IMG/VR virus record: IMGVR_UViG_3300029199_000002
Strand: one strand, 5' to 3'
DNA from: a virus
Length of the DNA stretch: 64,000 nt
This document shows positions 17,194 through 26,214 of the stretch, one piece after another. The notes beneath the pieces are model-generated. The model was given only the letters and a program-made list of their open reading frames with translations, was not told where the DNA came from and searched no databases. The position numbers were made by a program, and so were the translations under genes. Numbering within the stretch: position 1 is the stretch's first letter; the number at the start of each line of letters is the position of its first letter.

Positions 17194-17212
17194 ATAACAA
17201 CTAAAGTATAGC

Positions 17213-17246
17213 TGTAAATACAGGGCCGTAAGGCCCTGTATTTACA
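17213..17246. promoter_or_regulatory. perfect 15-bp hairpin with GTAA loop containing two copies of the CTGTATTTACAG motif
   Basis: TGTAAATACAGGGCC-GTAA-GGCCCTGTATTTACA. Confidence 0.7.
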
Positions 17247-17262
17247 TCAGAGGAGAACCACC

Positions 17263-20200
17263 GTGGAAGACAATACCTCCTATGCAATTCTGGACTTTCG
17301 GGCAGTAGTCAAACACGCCTACTACGGCGCGGACGACCCTGAAAGCATCTTCTGTGAAACTTCTGGCCGCCGCTTCGCTACTTGGCAATGCGCCGCACAA
17401 GGTTTCATCAGCCGCTACATCGAACCACTCATCGCACAGGACGGCAGCGTCCGCACATTGCTGGTTGCTCACGATATGGGTCGTGACTACCGGACCAGTA
17501 TTTTCCCTGATTACAAGGGCCAGAAATCCAAGACCAAGACCGAGAAGAGTCCCGTCGAGGTCGAGCAGTGCGACAAGTTGATAGCCTGGGCCAAGCGTTT
17601 TTTGACTGCTATCGGCTCCACCCAGATTGGCGTCAAAGGCGTGGAGGCGGATGACGTCATCGCATGGTTGTGCCAGCGCATCACCTACCCGAAGGCCGTG
17701 TACACGGTGGACGCGGACCTTCTGCAGCTGGTCAACGACACCACCATCGTCTACCTGAAGAACGAGCCGCATTTCGGTGAAGGAGAGTACAAAGACATCC
17801 CGTACAGCCTGACATCGATTTCCAAATCGATACTCGGCGACACCTCTGATAACTACGGAGGCGTGAAAGGACTCGGCCCGGCCAAATTTGCCGGACTGAT
17901 GGAAAATTTCGGCGCTGACGGCATCGAGCAGCTGCGAGACATCGTCGACTCCGGTGACCCTGCCCTGCTTGACGAAGCCATCGAGCAGACCCAAGACAAG
18001 ACCCTGATCAAGTTACGTGAAAACTTCGGCGACTGGAGGACCATGTGGCGCCTGGCAAAGCTGCACCCTGAGCTGTGTTGGAAGCCTCGGACTCGCAAGC
18101 TGGTAACACCTTTCTTCCACAAGCGGGTGCCGAATGCCCAGTTCGCGTTCAATCTGCTTGCAGAGATCGGCGCCCAGGACCTGTGGGATGAAACCTTCAG
18201 CGGTCTGATGCCGAACCAGCTGGCCATCACAGCCGACAACTGGACTGAGATGAAGGATGCGATCTTCGCTGAGATCGAAGCTGGCGACATCACCGCGTTC
18301 GACTACGAGTCCTCCAACAAAGACCCGATCCCCGAGTTCTCCCAGGCTTCAGCCCAGGGGGACAAGTTTGTCGACGTACTCAGTCAGGAACTCGCAGGGG
18401 CTTCCTTCCAGTTCGGTCGGCACCTTGAGAACGTGGTGTACCTGCCGGTGGACCACAAGGACAGTCCAAACCTGCCCAAGTCGGTCATCGCGGAGATCCT
18501 CGAGCACGCTGCCAAGCACACCCGCCTGGTTGCGCACAACGAGTTCTTCGAAGGCGTGGTCAGCCAGACCAACCTGAACCTGGAACTGAAGAACGTCCAC
18601 GACACTCGTCTCATGCAGCGCTATGTCAACGAGAACATGGGCGCTGGCCTGAAAGAGTGTTCGCTGACCTACCTCGGTTACGAACAGGCCTCCTACGAGG
18701 AAACTATCGCCAAAGGCAACGGCGGCGAAGGCGCGGCGAACATGAGCGAGCTGACCTTGGATGAGGTCTTCAGCTACGGCGCCGACGATGCCATGGTCAC
18801 CGGATGCCTGTACGACCTGCTGAAGCTGATGCTGCAGCTCGACGAGCAGTGGGAGTTCTACCAGCGTTGGGCGGTCAACCCGACCGTGGTTCTGCAGCAC
18901 TCCTACATCAAGGGCGTGGACATCAACTGGCCACTGCAGAAGGAGCTTCACCAGCGAGATCTCAAACAGGTTGCCGACGGGATGGTTGAGTTACGCCAGA
19001 TCCTCGAGGAGAACATCACCGGCAACATCACCGAAGGTTGCAAGAGCTTCATCGAAGCTGAGAAGGACTACATCTACCGGGCTGCCAAGAAGAAATTCGA
19101 GTCAGCGGAGGTGGCCTCAGAAAAGCTGCACGAGTGGCGCACCAAGCAAGAGCGCGCCTGCCAGTACGTCCCCTACTCCGAAGAGCAGGTGATGCCGTCC
19201 TTCGCACTGACTACAAAGCAGCTCTCAGCAGCTGCTACGGCTGTGGGCCTGCCAGAGGTGACCAAGGTCAGCGCCTCGGGCCTCAGTGAGTACCTGGAGA
19301 CCTGCGGGATCGTCGGCGCTGGTGACACGCTGGAAGATCCGAAGCAGCAAGAGTTCGTTGAAGCCATCAGCTATGCGCTGGAGCGAGGCGCCTTGAAAGT
19401 GAAGGCGCTGGAAACCAAGGCTGAGGACGGCGACGAGAAAGCCGAGCGGTCAGCTGCTCAGGCTCGCAAGGCGTTCGACAAGCTGGGAGAAGTGGTCCAG
19501 CGGTTGGCCGGCATCGAAGCCAAAGTCATCAGCATCGGCGACGAGCTCAACTCTGGCAGCCCGCAGCAGATGCAACAGCTGCTGTACTGCAAGATCGGGG
19601 TTCCGGTTCGCCTCCGAGGGAAGCAGGCCGGCAAAGGTCGCCTGATGGTTGGCATCACCGAGGCAGGGCCGTCCACGGACGAGACAGCCATCCTCACAGC
19701 CATCGCCAACGACATCGAGAGAGGCAGCTGGCAGCATCAGGCGCTGGAAGCCCTGCTGAAGGTCAAGTCGGCGTCCACTCGCATTTCTCTCTACCACGAC
19801 AAGCTACCGCTCTGGAAACACCGTGACGGCAAGGTCCACCCCTCCTTCACTGACGCTGGTACCGACACTCGCCGGCCCACTGGCTCTTCGCCGAACGTCC
19901 TGCAGGTGAGCAAGAAGGACAAGTCGATGCGGTCGATGTACATGCCGCCATCGAAGGACCACGTCGTCGTCGCCATCGACTACAACGGCCAAGAGATCCG
20001 CATCATGGCCTGCGAGTCAGGCGATCCGATGATGATCAGCGTGTATGACCCGGCCAACGAGAAGGACTTGCACAGCATGACCGGGTCCGGCATCGCGAAG
20101 ATGTCCTACGAGGACTTCGTGGAGGCCAAGGACGACGAGGAACACGAGCTGAACGGCATCACCAACGCCATCCGTAAGAAGGCCAAAGGCGTCAACTTCG

Positions 20201-20820
20201 GCCTTGCGTATGGGGCTGGGGCGGCAACCCTGTCCCGCAACCTGATCGTACCGTTGGAAGAAGCAGACGCGCTTCTCTCTGGTACCATGAACCTGTATTC
20301 CCAGATTCCTGTATGGCAGCAGAACACGGCGAAGTTCATGGAGCGCAACGGGTTCACCCTGACCGCGTTCGGCACCAAGCGTCACGCCACCGACGACGTG
20401 TTCAGCAAGGACAAGGGCAAATCGTCCCGCCAGCACCGCCAGGGCACGAACGCAACCATCCAGGGTACCGCTGCAGAAATGCTGCGGATCGTCCTCACAG
20501 GCATCGTGGAGCGCGACCTGTTGAATCGCCTGGATATGGTCTTCTTCGCCCCGATCTACGACGAGACGGTTGCCTTCGTCCATAAGGACGACGTTGTTGA
20601 GTATTGCCGCGAGATGAACGAAATCATGCGCAGTGCGACACCGCCGGGGCACGTTGTTCCACAGGTGCCTGAGTTCTCGATAGGCCCCGATTGGGGCAGG
20701 GTCCACGAACTGGGCCGCTGGCCGGGAGAGGAAGCTATCGAGAAGGCCGTGGAGCGCAGCCTTGAAGAAGCCGAGGGTATCTGGGCTGAGATGGAACAAG
20801 CGATGGAGGTGGCAGCGTGA
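17263..20820 (+). CDS. polA: family A DNA polymerase with 5'-3' exonuclease and 3'-5' exonuclease domains
   Basis: EADDVIA / GDTSDNYGGVKGLG (5' nuclease); FDYE, AHN..FE, YGADDA (3' exo); IDYNGQEIR, RKKAKGVNFGLAYG, IYDE (pol motifs A/B/C). Confidence 0.95.
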   Translation: MEDNTSYAILDFRAVVKHAYYGADDPESIFCETSGRRFATWQCAAQGFISRYIEPLIAQDGSVRTLLVAHDMGRDYRTSIFPDYKGQKSKTKTEKSPVEVEQCDKLIAWAKRFLTAIGSTQIGVKGVEADDVIAWLCQRITYPKAVYTVDADLLQLVNDTTIVYLKNEPHFGEGEYKDIPYSLTSISKSILGDTSDNYGGVKGLGPAKFAGLMENFGADGIEQLRDIVDSGDPALLDEAIEQTQDKTLIKLRENFGDWRTMWRLAKLHPELCWKPRTRKLVTPFFHKRVPNAQFAFNLLAEIGAQDLWDETFSGLMPNQLAITADNWTEMKDAIFAEIEAGDITAFDYESSNKDPIPEFSQASAQGDKFVDVLSQELAGASFQFGRHLENVVYLPVDHKDSPNLPKSVIAEILEHAAKHTRLVAHNEFFEGVVSQTNLNLELKNVHDTRLMQRYVNENMGAGLKECSLTYLGYEQASYEETIAKGNGGEGAANMSELTLDEVFSYGADDAMVTGCLYDLLKLMLQLDEQWEFYQRWAVNPTVVLQHSYIKGVDINWPLQKELHQRDLKQVADGMVELRQILEENITGNITEGCKSFIEAEKDYIYRAAKKKFESAEVASEKLHEWRTKQERACQYVPYSEEQVMPSFALTTKQLSAAATAVGLPEVTKVSASGLSEYLETCGIVGAGDTLEDPKQQEFVEAISYALERGALKVKALETKAEDGDEKAERSAAQARKAFDKLGEVVQRLAGIEAKVISIGDELNSGSPQQMQQLLYCKIGVPVRLRGKQAGKGRLMVGITEAGPSTDETAILTAIANDIERGSWQHQALEALLKVKSASTRISLYHDKLPLWKHRDGKVHPSFTDAGTDTRRPTGSSPNVLQVSKKDKSMRSMYMPPSKDHVVVAIDYNGQEIRIMACESGDPMMISVYDPANEKDLHSMTGSGIAKMSYEDFVEAKDDEEHELNGITNAIRKKAKGVNFGLAYGAGAATLSRNLIVPLEEADALLSGTMNLYSQIPVWQQNTAKFMERNGFTLTAFGTKRHATDDVFSKDKGKSSRQHRQGTNATIQGTAAEMLRIVLTGIVERDLLNRLDMVFFAPIYDETVAFVHKDDVVEYCREMNEIMRSATPPGHVVPQVPEFSIGPDWGRVHELGRWPGEEAIEKAVERSLEEAEGIWAEMEQAMEVAA

Positions 20821-20848
20821 AGCGGCCTAACAATGAGGTAGTAACCCA

Positions 20849-21550
20849 ATGCTGATACTAGCCCACGACTACGAGACAACCGGCGTAAACGCAGCCAAGT
20901 GTGGGGTCGTGCAAGCGGCCCTGTGCTTCGCCACGCTCAACCAGGATGGCTCGTACAGCATCCTCGAAAAGGACGTACAACTACTCAACCCCGGCGAGGC
21001 CATCCCCGCTGGAGCGTCTGGTGTTCATGGCATTTATGACCACCACGTCGTAGACGCACCACTATGGGAGGACTACCTGGCAGAGCAGTTCGAGGTGGTC
21101 AGCGGCACCGCCATCAAGGGTGTCCTTGGCTACAACTCGAAGAGGTTCGACGACACCATAGCCCGCCGCTGCGGGATGCTGGACTACCCGTCGATTGACC
21201 TGATGGTGGCCACGAAGCGCTTCAAGGAACAAGGGCTCGACTCAGCCAAACTGGGTAACGCCTACGAGTGGCTGACCGGGCGGACCGCAGAGAATGCTCA
21301 CGATGCCTTCGCCGACATCGTGATGACTCTGGACCTGATTCAACCCGCGATGGACAAAGCCGAGTGCAGCACACTCGACCAGTTCATTACGTGGATGAAC
21401 ACGCCATGGGCCTCTCGCCAGATGAAGATGCCCTTCGGAAAGCACAAGGGCGTCAAGCTCTGCAACCTGCCGAAGAGTTACATCTCGTGGGCGATGGAGA
21501 ACATGGACCTGAGTGATGATTTGCGGGCTGGATTGGAGTTGGTGCGATGA
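20849..21550 (+). CDS. DEDDh 3'-5' exonuclease (ExoX/DnaQ-like) with C-terminal MPFGKHKG module
   Basis: HDYETTG, YNSKRFD, AHDAFAD. Confidence 0.88.
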   Translation: MLILAHDYETTGVNAAKCGVVQAALCFATLNQDGSYSILEKDVQLLNPGEAIPAGASGVHGIYDHHVVDAPLWEDYLAEQFEVVSGTAIKGVLGYNSKRFDDTIARRCGMLDYPSIDLMVATKRFKEQGLDSAKLGNAYEWLTGRTAENAHDAFADIVMTLDLIQPAMDKAECSTLDQFITWMNTPWASRQMKMPFGKHKGVKLCNLPKSYISWAMENMDLSDDLRAGLELVR

Positions 21551-21876
21551 CTGCTGATAATCCAAATCTGAAAATCCCGCCAAGGCCGGAAGCAGATGCC
21601 GAGTACACCGGGGGTAGCGTCAGTTACTACTCGGTGCCGGTGGCTGTTCCAACGACTGCGGGCAGGGCGTCTTACATCGCTGAGTGTAACGACATCATCG
21701 AGGCGCTTGGGATGAACTACGCGGAAGGCAACGCCTTCAAGGCTTTGTGGAGGAGAGCAGCTGCCCGCCACGGTAAAGCTAAACGGCACTACACCGACGG
21801 CCTTTACGACGCTGAGAAGGTGGTGTTCTTTGGTGAGCGGTTGGTAGCCCAAGAGAAATCTCAAATTGGCAACTGA
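21547..21876 (+). CDS. conserved phage protein, DUF3310-like
   Basis: ECNDIIEALGMNYAEGNAFKALWR...D.EK..FF pattern. Confidence 0.6.
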   Translation: MTADNPNLKIPPRPEADAEYTGGSVSYYSVPVAVPTTAGRASYIAECNDIIEALGMNYAEGNAFKALWRRAAARHGKAKRHYTDGLYDAEKVVFFGERLVAQEKSQIGN

Positions 21877-22396
21877 CATCGGGAAGATCTTCGAGAAGGA
21901 GCTGGAGAAGGTCTTCCGCTCCCTCAAGGAGACTCATCTCCTAGGCTGGCACCGGTTGGCAGACACCGGATCAGCCGGTGGAGCCATCATCAGTGCCCAG
22001 CCGAGTGACTACCTGCTGGCCCTACCTCCTGGGTCAGTGTCACCCCGTGATAATCAGCGCCTGTTCTTCGTGGAGGTGAAAGCCAGCGAGAAGAACAGAC
22101 TGTTGAGCAAGGCCGCAATGCAGCCGGCGCAGCGTGGAGCCATCAGCTTCTACCGAGAGATGCTCCAGCTTCCCTACCTGGTCCTGTTCTACGACGTGGA
22201 AAACGGCGAGGTGCAGGTGTGGGATGGCGCCGCAGTTGTACAGGAGGCGAGGATCGACCCAATTTTCATATTGGCCCGTTTCAAATCAGTGGGTTACGCA
22301 CACAAGTTAAACCAGGATGCGATGAGAGCAGCGCTTATCGGCTACTTCGACCTGCCGCAGGCCGCTGAAACTATCCGCCGCTTTTCTTGTGCGTAG
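21866..22396 (+). CDS. Holliday junction resolvase (RecU/Hjc-like PD-(D/E)XK)
   Basis: GK.FE, PSDY, FVEVKAS; TTG start. Confidence 0.75.
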   Translation: MATDIGKIFEKELEKVFRSLKETHLLGWHRLADTGSAGGAIISAQPSDYLLALPPGSVSPRDNQRLFFVEVKASEKNRLLSKAAMQPAQRGAISFYREMLQLPYLVLFYDVENGEVQVWDGAAVVQEARIDPIFILARFKSVGYAHKLNQDAMRAALIGYFDLPQAAETIRRFSCA

Positions 22397-22453
22397 ACCC
22401 TTATTGCTGTAAATACAGCAAGTTGTTAACCCATTAACACGAAGAGAAGAAGC

Positions 22454-23587
22454 ATGAAGGTTCTGAAGGAAATCACTTTGTTCAAAAACCACGGCGGAAA
22501 GATCGGGGATTGGAAAATTCAGGCAGTGGTGGAAGAAGAGTACCTCCAAGGGTCGCCCGCTCACCTCGTGATCAGCCACACCAAGGTCGTCGGCGGAGCA
22601 GTCGTCACTAAGGAGATCGAGGTCAAGAGTAAGAACATCGGCCGCGCCAACCAGACCACCCCTGCTCAGCAGGCCATTCTCGAACTGGACAGCCGGGTCA
22701 ACAAGCAACTCGACAAGGGCTACGTCCGCACACTCGAGGAAGCGAGCGCGCCGGCAACCAACGCCCTGGGACTGGAAAAGCCGATGCTGGCCCACCCGAT
22801 CGACAAGGTGAAACCGGAATCGATCGACTGGGACAACGCATGGGCACAACCCAAGCTGGACGGCCACCGCTGCCTAGCAAACGGCATTCTTTACAGCAGA
22901 AACGGCAAGGAAATCCTCCTGCCACACATCCGGGATTTCCTCGGAGATTACGGACTGCTGGACAAGGGGTTGGACGGTGAGCTGTACGTCCACGGGATGC
23001 TGCTGCAGGACATCGGCAGCCTGGTGGGGAAGCCCCGCGAAGAGTCACTGCAACTCCAGTACCACGTCTACGACATCATTCGCCAGGCACCTTACAGTGA
23101 GCGTAAGGCAGAGTTGGATGACCTGCTGTCCAGCGTTGAGCCTTATTCACCTATCGTTCCGGTGACCTCACTTAAAGTCGCTGACCGCAGCGCTCTGAAC
23201 GACCTGCACTCCTACTGGCTAGAGCATGGCTTCGAAGGCTCCATCCTCCGCCACGGTATGGCCCCCTACGAGACCGACAAGCGATCCAGCAGCCTGCTCA
23301 AACTCAAGGATTTTACCGATGAGGAATTCGAGGTAATCGGTGTCGAGCGCGGCACGCCTAATGGTTCGTATGAGGTGCCGATATGGGTCTGCCGCAATCC
23401 ACACGGACTGACCGAGAAGACCAAGACCTTCACCGCGACCGCCCAGGGCTCCATGCAGCAGAAACACGCCCAATGGGAGATGAAACACACCCACATCGGG
23501 CGTCAGCTCACAGTGCAGCACTTCGGCCTAAGCAAGGACGGTGGAATTCTGCTGCCTGTAGCGCTTCGTTGGAGGGAGGACGTGTGA
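22454..23587 (+). CDS. ATP-dependent DNA ligase
   Basis: QPKLDGHR adenylation motif, LDGELY, YHVYD, FEGSILR, LLKLK. Confidence 0.93.
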   Translation: MKVLKEITLFKNHGGKIGDWKIQAVVEEEYLQGSPAHLVISHTKVVGGAVVTKEIEVKSKNIGRANQTTPAQQAILELDSRVNKQLDKGYVRTLEEASAPATNALGLEKPMLAHPIDKVKPESIDWDNAWAQPKLDGHRCLANGILYSRNGKEILLPHIRDFLGDYGLLDKGLDGELYVHGMLLQDIGSLVGKPREESLQLQYHVYDIIRQAPYSERKAELDDLLSSVEPYSPIVPVTSLKVADRSALNDLHSYWLEHGFEGSILRHGMAPYETDKRSSSLLKLKDFTDEEFEVIGVERGTPNGSYEVPIWVCRNPHGLTEKTKTFTATAQGSMQQKHAQWEMKHTHIGRQLTVQHFGLSKDGGILLPVALRWREDV

Positions 23588-23682
23588 ACCGTCACCTCGC
23601 CCGTCAATTCGCAATCGCCCTCCTCGCTGCTTCGGCAGCGGGAGTGGTCCTGTCGCTGCTGATCACAGGGGTTTTGCTGTGA
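23584..23682 (+). CDS. small membrane protein (32 aa)
   Basis: GTG overlaps ligase stop; MNRHLARQFAIALLAASAAGVVLSLLITGVLL; stop overlaps next start. Confidence 0.5.
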   Translation: MNRHLARQFAIALLAASAAGVVLSLLITGVLL

Positions 23683-24539
23683 GCGAGAAGGTATGCACCA
23701 AGTGCAAGACCACTAAGCCCTTCGGCAGCTTCAGTAAGTCGGTGAGGATGTCGGACGGCCTCGCTTCGTGGTGTAAGCCCTGCCATTCCGCCTATGAACG
23801 GGATTACAGAGAGCGAAAAAAGAAAGAGGCCCTTCTGTCTCCAGCAGAGGTCGAGCAGCTCCTCCTAGCCAAGCAAGCTAAAGCGAAAGCTAGTAAGGAG
23901 AGGAAGACCGCATACAAAAAGATGTGGGCAACGGAAAACTCGGAAAGAGTTTCTGCGCTTCAACGCGCGTCCTACCTCGCAAATAGAGAGAAAAGGCGGG
24001 CGAAAGCTAAGGCTAGGTATGAGTCCCAAAAAGACCAAATCCTCCTCCAGATGCGTCAGTACGCGAAAAGGCACAAAGATCAGATCAACGAAAGGTTTAA
24101 GGCCAGGTACCGGGCAAGGCCTGAGATCAGACTATCGGCTGCCATGAGAGGCATGCTTAGCCGGGTACTCAACCCAACGAAAGTAGCCAAGTCGGGCAGA
24201 ACCTCTGAGTTACTCGGCTACTGCCGAGACAAGCTCATTCAGCGGCTACAGGCCCAGTTCCTACCCGGCATGTCGTGGGACAACTACGGCAAGTGGCACA
24301 TCGATCACAAGATCCCTGTTTCGCACTTCTTATCGAAGGGCGAGACACGGCCCTACCTCATAAACGCCCTGTGCAATCTTCAGCCTCTGTGGGCTGAGGA
24401 CAACTGGCGTAAGCACTCAAAACATCCGAGGGAGCTTCGAAATGCTGACAACCTTATTCACAGATCCACACCTCGGCACCCGCCGGGCAGCCCACACCAC
24501 CCGAGAATCGTCCAAGAAGCTGACGGCAGCGTTGTATGA
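23679..24539 (+). CDS. HNH homing endonuclease with N-terminal CxxC...CxxC and K/R-rich linker
   Basis: CTKC...WCKPC; WDNYGKWHIDHKIP...NLQPLWAEDN. Confidence 0.82.
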   Translation: MSEKVCTKCKTTKPFGSFSKSVRMSDGLASWCKPCHSAYERDYRERKKKEALLSPAEVEQLLLAKQAKAKASKERKTAYKKMWATENSERVSALQRASYLANREKRRAKAKARYESQKDQILLQMRQYAKRHKDQINERFKARYRARPEIRLSAAMRGMLSRVLNPTKVAKSGRTSELLGYCRDKLIQRLQAQFLPGMSWDNYGKWHIDHKIPVSHFLSKGETRPYLINALCNLQPLWAEDNWRKHSKHPRELRNADNLIHRSTPRHPPGSPHHPRIVQEADGSVV

Positions 24540-25476
24540 ACAGGCTATGAGCATCGTCACCAACGCAACAAACCCCGTATGCCTGGGTGATTTGTTCGAC
24601 CGCTCATCCAACCCTGAAGACATCATTGTTCAGGGCTTCAACGTCGCCAGTCGTTGCCGGTGGACACTGGCAGGGAACCACGACTGCTCGAACCGCGCCG
24701 ACACGGTCACTTCTCTGGACGCGATCAAGGAGATGGGCTGCTCGATCATTTCGTCTCCCAACCTTCACGCCCCCTACTTCGATGCTCACGGCCCACTGTA
24801 CTTCGTGCCCCACCACGCCAGCCAGCAACTCTTCGAGCAGGCGATGCTCGATGCGGCAGCGCATGCCGCCAAGGAGCGGGCAGGTAAGGCCAGTGTGCTG
24901 ATGCTCCACTGCAACTACGACCAGCCGTTCGCCAAGGAAGATGACACGCTCAACCTTTCGCCGGCGGTGGCTGAGCAGCTGCTGGTGGCGTTCGACTACA
25001 TCTTCCTTGGGCACGAGCACAAGCCATCGAAACACCTCGACGGCCGTGTCGTGATCCTGGGCAACACGCACCCCACTTCCTATAGCGATATCAGTGACAA
25101 AATCGTCTACCACATGGACATTACCGACGACAGCATCGAGCTGAGAGAAGAACTGATTTGGTCTCGCCAGTATCGGTTCGCTGAGGTGCGGTACGGCGCC
25201 GCGCTGCCCGATCTCGAAGGCGTTCAATTCATTGACGTCATCGGCAAGGCCGAAGCCGATGCTGCGGTCGACGTCGCTGACTTCATCCAGAAAGTGTGGG
25301 CAGCGGCTCCCGATGCCCTGGCCGTCCGTAACAGCGTGGACGTGGGCAAGCTGGCCCTTGAGGACGACGCCGATCGCCCTGCCTTGGTCGACATCCGGCA
25401 GCGGATTGCGGCGGACCTGGAAGGTAGTGACTTGCTGGATATATACAACGAATTGGCGAAGGAAGTCTCCGTATGA
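24442..25476 (+). CDS. Mre11/SbcD-like metallophosphoesterase nuclease
   Basis: DPHLG, LGDLFD, GNHD, LH.N, GHEH. Confidence 0.9.
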   Translation: MLTTLFTDPHLGTRRAAHTTRESSKKLTAALYEQAMSIVTNATNPVCLGDLFDRSSNPEDIIVQGFNVASRCRWTLAGNHDCSNRADTVTSLDAIKEMGCSIISSPNLHAPYFDAHGPLYFVPHHASQQLFEQAMLDAAAHAAKERAGKASVLMLHCNYDQPFAKEDDTLNLSPAVAEQLLVAFDYIFLGHEHKPSKHLDGRVVILGNTHPTSYSDISDKIVYHMDITDDSIELREELIWSRQYRFAEVRYGAALPDLEGVQFIDVIGKAEADAAVDVADFIQKVWAAAPDALAVRNSVDVGKLALEDDADRPALVDIRQRIAADLEGSDLLDIYNELAKEVSV

Positions 25477-25742
25477 AGCTCGAAATCATCCGCGGTGCAG
25501 CAGGCCCCGGTAAGACCACCAAGTTGCAAGAGATCCTGCGGAATGCGGAAGACAAAGGGTCCCAGGCGGTATCTATCTTGGGGTACACCACACTGGTTGT
25601 AGAAAGGAAATTGAGGCAGTTGGTTGCCGATGGGTTTACCACCATCGTCATCGCCGACTGCAGTGACATCGAGATGCTGAAGAAAATCTGCCGGGCCAAC
25701 CATGCGGAAGGCGTGACGGTCTACGCGGTGGAGGCAGCATGA
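25473..25742 (+). CDS. small protein with Walker-A-like loop (89 aa)
   Basis: IIRGAAGPGKTTKL. Confidence 0.65.
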   Translation: MKLEIIRGAAGPGKTTKLQEILRNAEDKGSQAVSILGYTTLVVERKLRQLVADGFTTIVIADCSDIEMLKKICRANHAEGVTVYAVEAA

Positions 25743-26074
25743 CCCACCCACAATTCCAGCTTGGTACCAAGGTCCTCGTCACCACCGATGCCTTCTTCTT
25801 CGCCCCCGACGGCAAGCAGTACCGGTCAGCCTACGGCACCGTGCACGGCATTCACACTGACGAGAAGACATTGGGCATCCGGACCAACGCCCGCTCCGCC
25901 AACTGGTACGTGCAGGTAGGTGACCTGCTGATTGCCGGCTGCCAGATCCATTATGCCGTCCGGACCGACAATTGCCATGTCGGCTCAGCCAAGGACTGGA
26001 AGGAGGTGAACGGCGAGGTCATTGAGTTCCGCCGCCCCTCTTTTATCTACGACGCGGACGGAGGCCAGCCATGA
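25739..26074 (+). CDS. hypothetical protein (111 aa)
   Basis: ATGA overlaps at both ends. Confidence 0.75.
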   Translation: MTHPQFQLGTKVLVTTDAFFFAPDGKQYRSAYGTVHGIHTDEKTLGIRTNARSANWYVQVGDLLIAGCQIHYAVRTDNCHVGSAKDWKEVNGEVIEFRRPSFIYDADGGQP

Positions 26075-26214
26075 GACCGATCTTCAAATCCCGCAGAGTC
26101 GGCCTACTCAGTGAGTTGATCAGGACAGAGTCCGACCACGTCCCCCGCCTTTGCCATAAAAAGCTGCGCCTCCAGCTATCGATATGGCGCGCCATAAAGG
26201 AAACCACACGATGA
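26071..26214 (+). CDS. small basic hypothetical protein (47 aa)
   Basis: my translation MRPIFKSRRVG...WRAIKETTR; ATGA overlaps at both ends fill the gap exactly. Confidence 0.5.
   Translation: MRPIFKSRRVGLLSELIRTESDHVPRLCHKKLRLQLSIWRAIKETTR

Noticed and set aside
18910-19550. Possible intein in PolA
   Set aside because: No Cys/Ser-start plus His-Asn-end splice motifs and no LAGLIDADG blocks seen.
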